Source: a virus (Duplodnaviria; Caudoviricetes). Taken from it: 36,460 bases of DNA. The notes beneath the pieces were generated by a model. The model had not been told where the DNA came from and did no database searches. It saw only the letters and a list, made by a program, of their open reading frames with translations. Of this stretch, positions 25,286 to 34,888 are shown one piece after another. The stretch covers positions 1-36,460 of the IMG/VR virus record IMGVR_UViG_3300012039_000020; one strand, 5' to 3'. Made by a program: the position numbers and the translations under genes. Position 1 is the stretch's first letter; every line of letters starts with the position of its first letter.

Positions 25286-28159
25286 TCAGGGGATCGGCGT
25301 CCAGAAGGAGCCGTAGCGGGTCGAGAGGTAGGTGCCGAGGAAGTTGAGCTCCGCCGAGGTGAGCGCGCGCTTGTAGATCCCGATCGCGTTCACGTTCCAG
25401 GAGAAGCCAATCGAGCCGTCGCCGCTCCCGCCCGAGGCGACGGCGAGCCGGGGGATCTCGATCTGCCGCGCGTGCGCGTCGGCCGCGATCGACGCCGCGG
25501 GGGTCGCGGCCGAGCCGACCAGCGTCCCGCCCTTGTAGAGCCGCGCGTATGTCGACGGTTTCCAGGTCACGACCAGGGTCATCGTCTCGTTCGTTCGGAA
25601 GTCTGGGCCGACGATCCAGCGCGAGGTGTCGACCACGTCCTGGGTCTCGAAGAAGCAAACTCGGTGGCTGTGGTCTCCGCCGGACATGAACAGGTCGTTC
25701 GTCCAGAACTCGAAGCAGCCGGCGAGCCGGAGGAAGACCCCTTCGTAGAGCGTGCTGAGCTGCCCTGTCGTCCGCAGGTTGATGAAGAACGTCAGGCCGT
25801 CGACGTTGCTCCAAAACTGCGGCGCGCTCGCCTGGAGGAGCATCGAGTGGCCGGGCGACGCGCCAGCGAACTGCGCGGTCGGGTTCCCGTTCGAGACCGA
25901 GGGGATCCCCGGCACGTAGATCCACGGCCGGAGCAGGACGTTGTTCTGCCCGTCTCCGTCAAGGCACGGGTCCGAGAAGGTCTGCCGGATGTCGTCCCAG
26001 ACGCCGCACCGCGCGCCGAGGCCGATCGTCGGTCCGGGCAACAGCGGCACGATCCGCTGGTCGATGTTCGGCGGGCCCTGCCAGACCCAGCAGTTGATCC
26101 CGGCCTCGAACCACGCGTAGAGATTCGGGACCTGCGTCGGCGGCGGGTCGCTCGTCGGCGGCTCGAAGATCCCCGTCAGCGTGACGTCCTTCTCTTCGAG
26201 CGCGTCGATCATCAGGAGCCGCGTGCTCATCGTCTCGTCGGTCGACCACTTCTCCGTCATGGCGTCGGAGTCGAGCCGGACGTGGTGCGCCGAGGTCGCC
26301 CGCCGAATCAGCGCCGCGGAGAGCGTCGTACCCGCGTCCGCGAAGCCGAGCGTCCACGTGCCGTTCCCGTTGTCGACGTAGGAGGTGATCGCGCGCGTGA
26401 CCACCGTTCCGTCGAGCTTCAGGATCCCGACCGCGGGCCAGAACTTCTGGAGGTCCAGGAAGTTGCCGATCGCGGTGATCGTCAGCGTCGTGGTCGTCGC
26501 GGAGACGACGTCGTGGATCGACTCTGGGGCGACGAGCCAGAAGTCGCGCATCCGCCCGCAGACGTAGTCGAAGAACTGGATCGTCTTCCACGCCTGCGGG
26601 CGCCGAAGCGCCGTGATCTCCAGCACGTGCCGCTGCCGCGGGCGATCGCCGAGCAGCTCCTGGACGGTCCCGAGCCCCTGGCCGCCCTCCTCGCCCTCGC
26701 GCAGGACCTCCGACCGGAGGTTCGCGCTCCAGTCCGGCGGAACGTTGAAGACGGGGATTCCCTGGTAGGTCGAGACCCCCGCCGGGATCGCCTCCGTCGT
26801 CGGGTTGAGCGCGGACCGCCCGAAGATCTCCCGGACCTGCAGGTCGACGTGGCAGGTCTGGTCGCTCAGGAAGAGCGCCGAGCCCTCCAGGTTCGGCAGC
26901 ACCTCGAGCACGGGGTAGACGCGCGCGCCCGCGGGGTACGTCTGCGGGAGCGCCGACTCCGTCGTGATCGTCGAGGCCGTGAGCCCGACGATCTTCTGGT
27001 AGGACGGATTCGCGGGCAGGTTGTTGGGCCGCGACCAGACGTGGACCAGGCACCAGGCCCCGACGAAGAAGCGCCGGTAGCGCGTGTCGCAGTTGATCGT
27101 CGTCCCCGACGAGGCCGCCGTGACCTTGGAGAAGTCGCAGTAGAGCGGGACGACCGTCCGCTGCTGGCTCTGCCGCTGGAGGTTCTGCCAGAGCTCGGTC
27201 GCGTCCCGGACGCGCAGCCCCGTGAGCGAGGCCGTCAGCGTCCGGTAGGGCTTCGCGACCGAGCCGCGCCGCTCCTCGGCGACCGTGCGCGCGGCCGTGA
27301 CGTCCGTGAGCCAGGCTGACTCGAGCGTCGCCTCGCCGGACCAGTTATGCCGAATCATGTTCGGCAGCGGCACGGGGAGGACCCCGGCCACGACCGTGAC
27401 CCCGGCCGGCGGCGGGATCACGACGCGGTGCGCGCCAACCTCCGCGGCGAACCGCGTCGCGCGCAGGCCGAGCGTTGGCGGCGTCTGGGGCACGTGGGCG
27501 CCGACCTCGGCCGCGAACCGCGTCAGCCGCACCGGGATCTTGAACGAGTGCGCGCCGACCTCGGCCGCGAACCTCGTCGCCCGTAGGTTCGCGGCCTTGT
27601 GCGCCCCGACCTCGGCCGCGAACCGCGTCGCGCGCAGCTTCGGCGTCCCCGGCTTGGCCCCTACCTCGGCAGCGAACTTCGTCGCGCGCATCGGGATCGG
27701 CGTCGGCACCTCGAGCTCGATCGCCGTGCAGCGAACGACGTCCCCCGCGGCGTACGTGCGCGGGAGGATGTTGACGTTGAGCTGGGTGTAGTCGGTGATC
27801 AGGTTCGCCTGAGCCACCGACAGGTTGACCACCCACGTCGTCCACGCCGCGTTGATGTCGATGATCGCGTCGAGGATCACCGTGCCCGCGGGCATCTGCT
27901 TGAGGATGCAGCGCAGGTTTGTCGTCGACGCCGCGCGCGCGCGCGCGCGCAGGATGTGATTCGACCGATCGGTCGGGATCAGCGGCGGCGTTCCGAGCCG
28001 GACCTCGCAGGTCGCCCCGGTCGTCGTCGCCGCGATGTGCGTAGTGTTGTTGTCCGCGGCCGCGACGCCCTCGTCGATGCACTGGTGGACGGTCGCGTCG
28101 CCGACGAGCGTCCAGTTCGTGTTCGCGACCGTCGAGATCGGGACGAGGATCTGAGCCAT
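25286..28159 (-). CDS. Distal-tail-like (DUF2460-type core) protein with N-terminal extension and C-terminal LamG-like domain
   Basis: 957 aa. HNWS...AEERR...PYR, FF..CGRMRDFW and VRLDSD in the core. C-terminal VVTW...LYKGG...IYKRALTSAE...YL..RYG. Confidence 0.7.
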   Translation of the reverse strand: MAQILVPISTVANTNWTLVGDATVHQCIDEGVAAADNNTTHIAATTTGATCEVRLGTPPLIPTDRSNHILRARARAASTTNLRCILKQMPAGTVILDAIIDINAAWTTWVVNLSVAQANLITDYTQLNVNILPRTYAAGDVVRCTAIELEVPTPIPMRATKFAAEVGAKPGTPKLRATRFAAEVGAHKAANLRATRFAAEVGAHSFKIPVRLTRFAAEVGAHVPQTPPTLGLRATRFAAEVGAHRVVIPPPAGVTVVAGVLPVPLPNMIRHNWSGEATLESAWLTDVTAARTVAEERRGSVAKPYRTLTASLTGLRVRDATELWQNLQRQSQQRTVVPLYCDFSKVTAASSGTTINCDTRYRRFFVGAWCLVHVWSRPNNLPANPSYQKIVGLTASTITTESALPQTYPAGARVYPVLEVLPNLEGSALFLSDQTCHVDLQVREIFGRSALNPTTEAIPAGVSTYQGIPVFNVPPDWSANLRSEVLREGEEGGQGLGTVQELLGDRPRQRHVLEITALRRPQAWKTIQFFDYVCGRMRDFWLVAPESIHDVVSATTTTLTITAIGNFLDLQKFWPAVGILKLDGTVVTRAITSYVDNGNGTWTLGFADAGTTLSAALIRRATSAHHVRLDSDAMTEKWSTDETMSTRLLMIDALEEKDVTLTGIFEPPTSDPPPTQVPNLYAWFEAGINCWVWQGPPNIDQRIVPLLPGPTIGLGARCGVWDDIRQTFSDPCLDGDGQNNVLLRPWIYVPGIPSVSNGNPTAQFAGASPGHSMLLQASAPQFWSNVDGLTFFINLRTTGQLSTLYEGVFLRLAGCFEFWTNDLFMSGGDHSHRVCFFETQDVVDTSRWIVGPDFRTNETMTLVVTWKPSTYARLYKGGTLVGSAATPAASIAADAHARQIEIPRLAVASGGSGDGSIGFSWNVNAIGIYKRALTSAELNFLGTYLSTRYGSFWTPIP
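27428..27690 (-). repeat. Five tandem RATRFAAEVGAH-type peptide repeats
   Basis: RATKFAAEVGAK, RATRFAAEVGAH (three copies) and RLTRFAAEVGAH, joined by short variable linkers. Confidence 0.9.
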
Positions 28160-28175
28160 CGCGGCGCCCGGCCGC

Positions 28176-29273
28176 CTACGGCCCAGTCTTCAGTCCCATC
28201 TTGCCCGCGTTCACGCGCGCGACGGTCCAGTCCGCGGCCGTGTTCGGGTCCTGCTCCATGATCCGCTCGATGCCCGGCCGAAACGACGTCTGGGTGATCG
28301 CGATCCCGGTCCCGAGCGAGGTCGTCGGCGTCGCGTCCTTGTAGACGAACTTCACCGTGCGCGAGCCCGAGCTAGTCAGACGCACGTTCGCCTTCTGCGT
28401 GACGCAGAGGATGTTCCCGGTGATGAAAACGAGGTCCGACATCGCGTAGAGGTCGGACTGCGCGTCGGTCGGCGACTCGGCGTAGGTCGCGTCCGCGTCG
28501 TGCCGGTTGCCGCCGGAGTTCGGATCGTCGACCTTGTCGAAGTGCGTCGCCGGCGCGGCGGGGAAGATCGACCATTCGGCCGTGTCGTCCGGCGTTACCG
28601 GGTTGATCCCCTCGATCACGTAGTCGCCGAGGAAGTCGTTGCGGATCGCGCCGGAGCCGTCGACCACGTAGATGTCGTCGAGGTACCAGCCGAGGGCGCT
28701 AGCGGACGCGAGACCGAACTTGATCTTGTTCGCGACGGCCGTCCCGAGGTTCGACGTCTGCACGCTCGACTCCGAGAACGCGCCCGCCGTCCCGCCGGAC
28801 GTAGCGCCGACGACGACCTCGTTCACCTTGAGCGAGTAGGAGCCCGTCGCGCCTGTCGCGAGGACGACCTTGAGCTCGGCGTACTCCCACGAGTCGAAGT
28901 TGAGCTCGACCGACTGCGCCAGCAGCGTCGCCCCGCGCATCAGCTTGAAGATGTGGTTCCGCGTGTCCGTCGTCCCGCGGATCACGTCGAGCCGGATTTG
29001 CTCGCCGCCCGTGTCGAGCAGGGCGATGACCGTGAACCCCGAGGCGCCCGGGTCGGTCCCGCGATTGCCGATTCCGACGACCCACGTTCCCTGCGAGGAG
29101 AGCGCGAAGGTCTGAAAAGTGGCGCTGACGTTCTGGCCGACGAAAAGGGCCGTCCCCTGGAGGCGCCCGCCGACGAAGGTCGGCGTGCCGACCGGGACCC
29201 ACGTCTCGTAGTCGTCCTGGAGCCCGCCCGTCGACGCGCTGACCTCGAATCCCTGCTGGTGTCGAAACGCCAT
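28176..29273 (-). CDS. Tail protein, concanavalin-A/LamG-like beta-sandwich
   Basis: 365 aa. GFE start, WEYAELK, YLDDIYVVD...FLGD and DPNT..W segments. Directly downstream of the tape measure gene. Confidence 0.65.
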   Translation of the reverse strand: MAFRHQQGFEVSASTGGLQDDYETWVPVGTPTFVGGRLQGTALFVGQNVSATFQTFALSSQGTWVVGIGNRGTDPGASGFTVIALLDTGGEQIRLDVIRGTTDTRNHIFKLMRGATLLAQSVELNFDSWEYAELKVVLATGATGSYSLKVNEVVVGATSGGTAGAFSESSVQTSNLGTAVANKIKFGLASASALGWYLDDIYVVDGSGAIRNDFLGDYVIEGINPVTPDDTAEWSIFPAAPATHFDKVDDPNSGGNRHDADATYAESPTDAQSDLYAMSDLVFITGNILCVTQKANVRLTSSGSRTVKFVYKDATPTTSLGTGIAITQTSFRPGIERIMEQDPNTAADWTVARVNAGKMGLKTGP

Positions 29274-29285
29274 CTTCGGATCCTC

Positions 29286-32200
29286 CTATACCCTGCCGAG
29301 TCCCCCCAGGCCTAGCACCGAGAGCAGCTCGCTCGAGTTGCGCTGCGCGAAGCGCATGAACGCCTGGTCTCCGCCGTGGAGCATCCGCTCGAGCCCCTGG
29401 TCGTCCCCGACGACGAGCGCGCGCTCCGGGCGCCTGGCGCCGGCCCCGAAGCTGCCGCCGGCCACCTCGCCCCCGGAGTCGTAGTTGCGACGCCCGGCCA
29501 ACGGCGCGCGCCCGACGTGGGGCATCAGCGACCGAGCCAGGTCGGGCGGAATCAGGTGCTTCCAGATCGCGTTCATGTAGTCGGCGCCGTAGAGCGCGAC
29601 CGTCGCCTCGTCCATGACGTGCTCGCCCGGCGTGAGCATCGCCCGGACGACGTCGCGGTGCACCGGCGGCCCGGGAACCCAGCCGCCCTCGTCAAAGCGC
29701 AGGATCGGCCCGCCTCCGCTCCTCGGCTGCACCGGCCCGATGAAGTTCGCGTCGCCGGGGGCCGGCACGCCGCCGCCTCCGAAGAGGCCGAGCACTCCCT
29801 TGAGCGCGTTGAACGCCAGCAGCTTGGCGATCATGATCGCGAGGTTCGCGACGAAGTTGCGCGCGAAGTCCCCGAGCGACTGCTGCCCGCGGGCGAGGAC
29901 CTCGACGAAGTCGCCGAAGCCGTTGACGAGCGCCTCGCCGAACTGCTGTCCGGCCGTCTGGACGTTCGAGAGCTTGTCGACCGTGTTCTCGGCGCCGACG
30001 CCGACCGCGGAGAAGAAGCCCTCGATCCCGCCGGCCTCGTCGGGGAGGTTCTTGTCCTTGATCGCCTGGAGCCGGTCCGCGAGCGTCTGGAGCTGGTCGT
30101 TCAGCTCGGGGTGCGCCGCGGCCAGGCGCTCGATCCCGTCCTTCGCCTCGTCGGCTTCCCGCCCGAACTCGCGGAGCGCCTCGGCCCGCTGTCGGAAGGC
30201 GTCCGACGAGGTGATCGCCCCGCCCTGGCGCTGCTCGGCGATCCCCGCGAGCTTCGTTTGCAGGTCGCCGGCCGCCTTCTCGACGCCTCTCTCCAGGTCG
30301 GTCGCGATCGCGATCGACGCCGCCTCGGCGGCAGGCCCGATCTCCTTCAGCGCGGCCGTGATGGTCCGGATCTTGTCCGCGGTCTCGACCGTGGCGTTCG
30401 GGGTCGTGAGCGCGTCGAAGAGCTGGACGCGCAGGTTGGCCGCCTGCTCTGCAGCGGCCTGGGTCGCGGCCTCGACCTGGTCGACCGCGCCCTTCGCGTC
30501 GATCCGGCCGTCCGAGAGCTTCTGTTCGACGCCTTTGAGCGCCTCGTCGAGCGCCTTCTTCGCCGCGCCCGCCTCAGCCTCGGCGACCGTGACCTTGATG
30601 CGCACGTTGAGGTCGGGGATCTCCTTCTCGAGCTCCGCGATCAGCTTGTCGATCTGCGGCTTGAGGTCCGGCGCGGCGGCCAGGATCCCGTTCAGGTTCT
30701 CGCGCGCCGCGCGCGCGCGGTCGCCGAGCTGGTCGAGCACCGACCCCAGGCGCTCGGTCAGCTCCGCGCGCGTGATCCCCCCGGCCGAGAACGCCTCGGC
30801 ACCGGACTTCGCCTGCGCCTCCAGCTCGGTCGTTTGCTTCTTGAGCAGGTCGAGCGTCGACTCGGCGCGCTTGATCGAGACGTCCCGGAGCTGCTCCTCG
30901 GTCGCGAGGATCTTGAGGACGTTCTCCTGCTCGGCTTTGCTGACCTTGGCGAGCTCCGCCTGCCGATCGTCGATCTCGCCGACGACCTCGACGCGCTCTT
31001 TCTCGAGCGCGAGGACGTCCTTCGCGATCTGTTCTTGTAGGTCCCCGCTGACGTTCGGCGCCTCGACCTGGACCTGCTGGACCTGGTCGTCGATCAGCAC
31101 CTTGCGCTGCTCCAGCAGCGCGATCTCGCGCTCGAGCGCCTTAGACCGCGCGTCCTGGTCGAGCGCGCCCTTCTGGGCGAGCGATTCGTCTGCGGCTCGG
31201 CGCAGGTCCAGGTAGCGCGCGAAGCTGATCTGTTCGTCCTTGAGCTGGTCGTCGAACTTCTTGTCGAGGACGGAGACGAGCGATTCGCGCGTCGTGGCGT
31301 CGATCGACTTGAGCAACGTCCGAACTTTCTCCGGCGTCAGGCCCGAGACGTTCGCCGACGAGAGCAGGTCGGGCGTGATGAGCTTGATCGACGAGAGGTC
31401 GTCGGCCAGGGCCTTGGTGTTCGCGACGATGCGCTCGCCCTTCTTGCGCTCGGCCGCTATCTCTTTCTCGATCGCCGCGATGCGGCCGTTCACCAGGCGT
31501 TCGGTGGAGGCCGCCTGGGACACCTCGAGGGAGCCGTCGAGCGCGACGACCCCGTTGGCGATCTCCCCGATTCGGAGCTCCGCGGCCTGCACGTCCTCGT
31601 CGCTCGGCAGGAACGGGAGCAGGACGCGCGCGGGGAGATTGCCGAGCAGGGCCGCGCCCGTCACCAGGCTCTTGATCTTCCCGAACGCGACCGTCGCCGC
31701 GTCGGCGAGCGAGGCTATCAGCAAACCGGCCTGCGCGACGCGCACCTTGAAGAAGTCGAACAGGTCGTCGATCGTCAATCGGCCGGAGACGATCTTCGCG
31801 ATGATCTCGGAGACCTGGCCGAAGACGGCGCCGAAAACGTCGAGGATGTCGCTCCACGTGCCCTTGATCGTGATCGACGGGTCGATGATCTTGAGGATCG
31901 CGAAGCCGATCGCGGCGCCGGCAGCCGCGGCCGCGGCCAAAATGCCCACGAGCGTCCCGAGGACCGGAGCCGCAGCGGCGATGCCCAGGACGAAGACGGA
32001 GATCGTCTCCAGCGAAGGGGCGACCGCGACGAGGTTCCCGACGACGAGCGCGATGGTGGTGATGGAGCCGACGGCCGCCGCGATCCCCGTCACGAGCGCC
32101 CCGACGATCACGAGGGCCGGCGCCGCTTTCTCCAGGAGCGTGATGACGGCGGTCCCCGCGGGTGAACTGACGGCCTTCTGGAGAGCCTCGACGACGTCGG

Positions 32201-32909
32201 CGACCGTCGTGAGGATCGCGAGCTTGATCCCGACGATGCGCTTCCCGAACTCTTCGCTGGAGTCGGAAACGCGCTTGAGCTGCGCGTCGACGCGCCCGAA
32301 GCCGGTCTGCGCCGCGGCCTCGGCCGTCCCCTTGAATTTGCCCTCGAGGATCTCGAGGACCTCGTTCAAGGTCTGCCCGTCCTTGATGACGTCCTTGAGG
32401 CCCGGGATCGACTGGATCAGCCCGCGCGCCGTCCCGCCCTCGCCGATCGAGGCGATCCCGCGCGCGACGAGCTCGATCGGGATCTGGAGTGCCGAGGCCG
32501 TGTCCGCGGCTACGCGCAGCGTCCGAGGCAAATCGCGCGCGTTGACCCCGATGTTCTTCATCAGGGCCGCGGCCCGAACCAGCTCCGCGTTCTGGACGTT
32601 CGTCGCCTTGCTGATTTCCCTCGTCTGCGCGAGGATTTCTGCCTGCGCCTGCGATCGGCCGTCGAGCGCAACCAGGAGCTGCTGCTCCGCCTGGACCTCC
32701 TCTTTCGCGAGGTCGAGCGCCTTGTCGATCGCGAACGCCGCGGCGACGCCCGAGGCGAGCGCCGTCAGCTTCGCGAGCGCCGGGTCGATCGTCCGCGCCA
32801 GCTCCTGCGCCTTGCCCGCGATGCCCGCGACGGCGGCCCCCGCCTTCTCGAGCGGTTTCGAGAGCTGGTCCCGCAGGATCGCGGTGATCGTGACCGGCTG
32901 GTCAACCAC
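29286..32909 (-). CDS. Tape measure protein
   Basis: 1207 aa, helical and Ala-rich, with a hydrophobic middle region and GGWVPG...DVVRAMLTPGEHVM. Confidence 0.92.
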   Translation of the reverse strand: MVDQPVTITAILRDQLSKPLEKAGAAVAGIAGKAQELARTIDPALAKLTALASGVAAAFAIDKALDLAKEEVQAEQQLLVALDGRSQAQAEILAQTREISKATNVQNAELVRAAALMKNIGVNARDLPRTLRVAADTASALQIPIELVARGIASIGEGGTARGLIQSIPGLKDVIKDGQTLNEVLEILEGKFKGTAEAAAQTGFGRVDAQLKRVSDSSEEFGKRIVGIKLAILTTVADVVEALQKAVSSPAGTAVITLLEKAAPALVIVGALVTGIAAAVGSITTIALVVGNLVAVAPSLETISVFVLGIAAAAPVLGTLVGILAAAAAAGAAIGFAILKIIDPSITIKGTWSDILDVFGAVFGQVSEIIAKIVSGRLTIDDLFDFFKVRVAQAGLLIASLADAATVAFGKIKSLVTGAALLGNLPARVLLPFLPSDEDVQAAELRIGEIANGVVALDGSLEVSQAASTERLVNGRIAAIEKEIAAERKKGERIVANTKALADDLSSIKLITPDLLSSANVSGLTPEKVRTLLKSIDATTRESLVSVLDKKFDDQLKDEQISFARYLDLRRAADESLAQKGALDQDARSKALEREIALLEQRKVLIDDQVQQVQVEAPNVSGDLQEQIAKDVLALEKERVEVVGEIDDRQAELAKVSKAEQENVLKILATEEQLRDVSIKRAESTLDLLKKQTTELEAQAKSGAEAFSAGGITRAELTERLGSVLDQLGDRARAARENLNGILAAAPDLKPQIDKLIAELEKEIPDLNVRIKVTVAEAEAGAAKKALDEALKGVEQKLSDGRIDAKGAVDQVEAATQAAAEQAANLRVQLFDALTTPNATVETADKIRTITAALKEIGPAAEAASIAIATDLERGVEKAAGDLQTKLAGIAEQRQGGAITSSDAFRQRAEALREFGREADEAKDGIERLAAAHPELNDQLQTLADRLQAIKDKNLPDEAGGIEGFFSAVGVGAENTVDKLSNVQTAGQQFGEALVNGFGDFVEVLARGQQSLGDFARNFVANLAIMIAKLLAFNALKGVLGLFGGGGVPAPGDANFIGPVQPRSGGGPILRFDEGGWVPGPPVHRDVVRAMLTPGEHVMDEATVALYGADYMNAIWKHLIPPDLARSLMPHVGRAPLAGRRNYDSGGEVAGGSFGAGARRPERALVVGDDQGLERMLHGGDQAFMRFAQRNSSELLSVLGLGGLGRV

Positions 32910-33216
32910 GCAGGGCCTCCTCTTGCTCCCCCGGGGCCTCCGGTTCGGGCTCGCCGACGCCGCGCAGCTTGCGCACGGTGTCCTGGAGGTTCTTCCCGGC
33001 CCCCTTGTCGAAGACGGCCGCGATCGACGCGCTCAGAATCGACGCCGCGTCGGCCATGAGCCGCGCCTTCATCCGCTGGGACTTTCCGATCCAGAGCCAG
33101 AGCTCGGGGAGGCTCCAACCGCGATAGGGCCACCCGGGTCGTTCTCGGCCGACGACGTCGGCATACGAGTGGCCGGAAGAGACGAGGAGCTGGAGAGCAT
33201 CTCCGAGATCGAAAAC
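32902..33216 (-). CDS. Tail assembly chaperone T domain (-1 frameshift extension of G)
   Basis: The -1 frame reads VFDLGDALQLLVSSGHSYADV...WSLPELWLW... and ends at the tape measure start. Confidence 0.65.
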   Translation of the reverse strand, partial: VFDLGDALQLLVSSGHSYADVVGRERPGWPYRGWSLPELWLWIGKSQRMKARLMADAASILSASIAAVFDKGAGKNLQDTVRKLRGVGEPEPEAPGEQEEALRG

Positions 33217-33665
33217 GGCTGTCCCGTGGCCTTCGAGATCAGCCTCTCCAGCGCCTCCAGCCAAGGGCGCCATTTGCGCTCCTCGAGGAAGCTCTCCTCG
33301 ACCCACGCCTCGACCACGGCGGCCAAGTGCCAGTGCGGCAGGTCGTCGAGCGTCGCCTCTGGGTGCCCCTCGACCTCGACGACGCAGCACTCGCGAACGA
33401 GGCCGGTCAGGTCGGAGAGGATCAGCGGGCCGAGGCGCTCGAGGAGGTTTCCGACGACCACCTTCGACGCTCCCCCCTGGAGCCCGCGCAGGTCCGTGTT
33501 CGCGAGGACGCCGAGGATCGACGCCACTCGCGTGCTGAACTGCTCGAGGTGCACCAGCCCGGGCGGGTACACGTGCACGACGACGGCGACGCCGCCCTCC
33601 TCCAGCTCGATCGTGCGCCCGGGGAAGATCCTCCGGACGACGTTCTCTTCCTTCGCCTTCGCCAA
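33069..33665 (-). CDS. Tail assembly chaperone G
   Basis: Between the tube and tape measure genes. TTG start with a GAGG RBS. Confidence 0.75.
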   Translation of the reverse strand: MAKAKEENVVRRIFPGRTIELEEGGVAVVVHVYPPGLVHLEQFSTRVASILGVLANTDLRGLQGGASKVVVGNLLERLGPLILSDLTGLVRECCVVEVEGHPEATLDDLPHWHLAAVVEAWVEESFLEERKWRPWLEALERLISKATGQPFSISEMLSSSSSLPATRMPTSSAENDPGGPIAVGASPSSGSGSESPSG

Positions 33666-33678
33666 CGGTCGATCCCTC

Positions 33679-33717
33679 GGCCTCGGAACGGGGGGAGGAG
33701 CCGCCCGTCCCGAGGCC
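33679..33717 (-). promoter_or_regulatory. 14-bp mRNA hairpin downstream of the tail tube gene
   Basis: GGCCUCGGGACGGG / CCCGUUCCGAGGCC with one G-U pair and no U-tract. Confidence 0.55.
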
Positions 33718-33751
33718 CGAGAGCGCGGGCGGCCCCGTCAGATCGTCGGGA

Positions 33752-34804
33752 TCAGGCCCGCGTGGGGACCGTTCCCTTGTGGTGCAGCAGCCGGCCAGCG
33801 GGCACGGCGGCGGTGAGGTCGCTGAGGACCGAGACCGTCAGGACCATGTCGGCGAAGTCTCCGTCCGCCAGGTTGAAGGCGTTCGGCGAGATCTGGCATC
33901 GGAACTCCCGCACCGTCTCCTCCGCGAACTTGGTCCGCGAGAAGAGGAAGAAGCCGTCGCCGGTCGTGTCGCCGAGCGTCTGCGGGTTGATCAGGCGGAG
34001 CCCGGAGAGCGCGCCCGTCGAGTAGACGATCGAGACGTTCGCCGCGGCTGCGATCGCGCCGCCCGAGACGATCTTCACGATCCCGCGGTCCTTCGAGTAC
34101 GGCAGGAAGTCCGCACCCTGGAGGTAGATCGTCCCCGCCGTCGCGTAGGAGAGCTGGCCGGTGATCGCCGTTTCGGCAGTGCTCGCGACCTCGACGGTCG
34201 TGATCGTCGTCGCCGAGCGCGCGGCCACCGTGTAGGTGCGCGAGTTGGCGACGTTCGCCAGGCCCAGGCGGTTCAGGATGAACGCCTTGCCGGGCGCGAG
34301 GCCGGCGATCGCGGTCGGGTCCGAGCTGACCTCGAAGACGCTGCCCGTACTGGCGACCGTGATGGCGGTCACCGTGAGCGTCGCGATCGTGGCGCCGGTC
34401 GAGTAGACCCCGCCGATGGCCGCGAGGCCGTAGACGAAGGCCGCGTTCGCGTCCTTGAGCTTGATCAGCCCGTCCGGCGTCGCCCAGTGCGTCACCGTCA
34501 CCTCGGCCGCGCTCTGCGAGAACGAGGTCGGCGGGTTCGCCATGAAGGCGAGCGCGAGGTTCTGGAGGCTCAGGTTCGCGCAGGTGACGTCGTAGCTCTC
34601 CTTGATCTGCGTGGTGCGCCGATCGGCGAGCGACTTGACCCCGCCGTCGGGGTCATACAGCTCGACCGCGGTCGGGGTGATCGACGGCGTGGCCGTCTTG
34701 ATGATCCCGAGGTCGACGAGCGGTTGCTCGACGGACGCGATCGGGTCGCGCCGGTAGTAGAAGCGGGTTCCCGCGATCCAGTAGTCCTGGAAGCCTGTGA
34801 CCAT
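33752..34804 (-). CDS. Major tail tube protein with an inserted beta-rich domain
   Basis: 350 aa. YWIAG, DLG, NLSLQNLALAF, GIVKIV.GGAI and CQISP segments. GAGGAGG RBS. Confidence 0.8.
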   Translation of the reverse strand: MVTGFQDYWIAGTRFYYRRDPIASVEQPLVDLGIIKTATPSITPTAVELYDPDGGVKSLADRRTTQIKESYDVTCANLSLQNLALAFMANPPTSFSQSAAEVTVTHWATPDGLIKLKDANAAFVYGLAAIGGVYSTGATIATLTVTAITVASTGSVFEVSSDPTAIAGLAPGKAFILNRLGLANVANSRTYTVAARSATTITTVEVASTAETAITGQLSYATAGTIYLQGADFLPYSKDRGIVKIVSGGAIAAAANVSIVYSTGALSGLRLINPQTLGDTTGDGFFLFSRTKFAEETVREFRCQISPNAFNLADGDFADMVLTVSVLSDLTAAVPAGRLLHHKGTVPTRA

Positions 34805-34888
34805 CTCTCGCGCCCCTCCTCAGGGCTGTCCGTCCGTTCCGCTAGCCGCCCGACCAAGGGCTCTTGAACACTTCGGAGCCTATCCTCG

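Noticed and set aside
27428-27690. DNA repeats (CCTCGGCCGCGAACC) about 50-70 bp apart, resembling a CRISPR array
   Set aside because: They are in-frame peptide repeats with synonymous variation inside a tail gene, and no cas genes are present.
18935-29273. Diversity-generating retroelement or invertible tail-fibre cassette
   Set aside because: No reverse transcriptase, invertase or adenine-specific TR/VR pair is seen. The fibre repeats are both in-frame coding copies.
23930-33816. Very long plus-strand ORFs (e.g. 23930-27319, 31240-33816)
   Set aside because: Antisense shadows of high-GC tail genes with no recognisable motifs.
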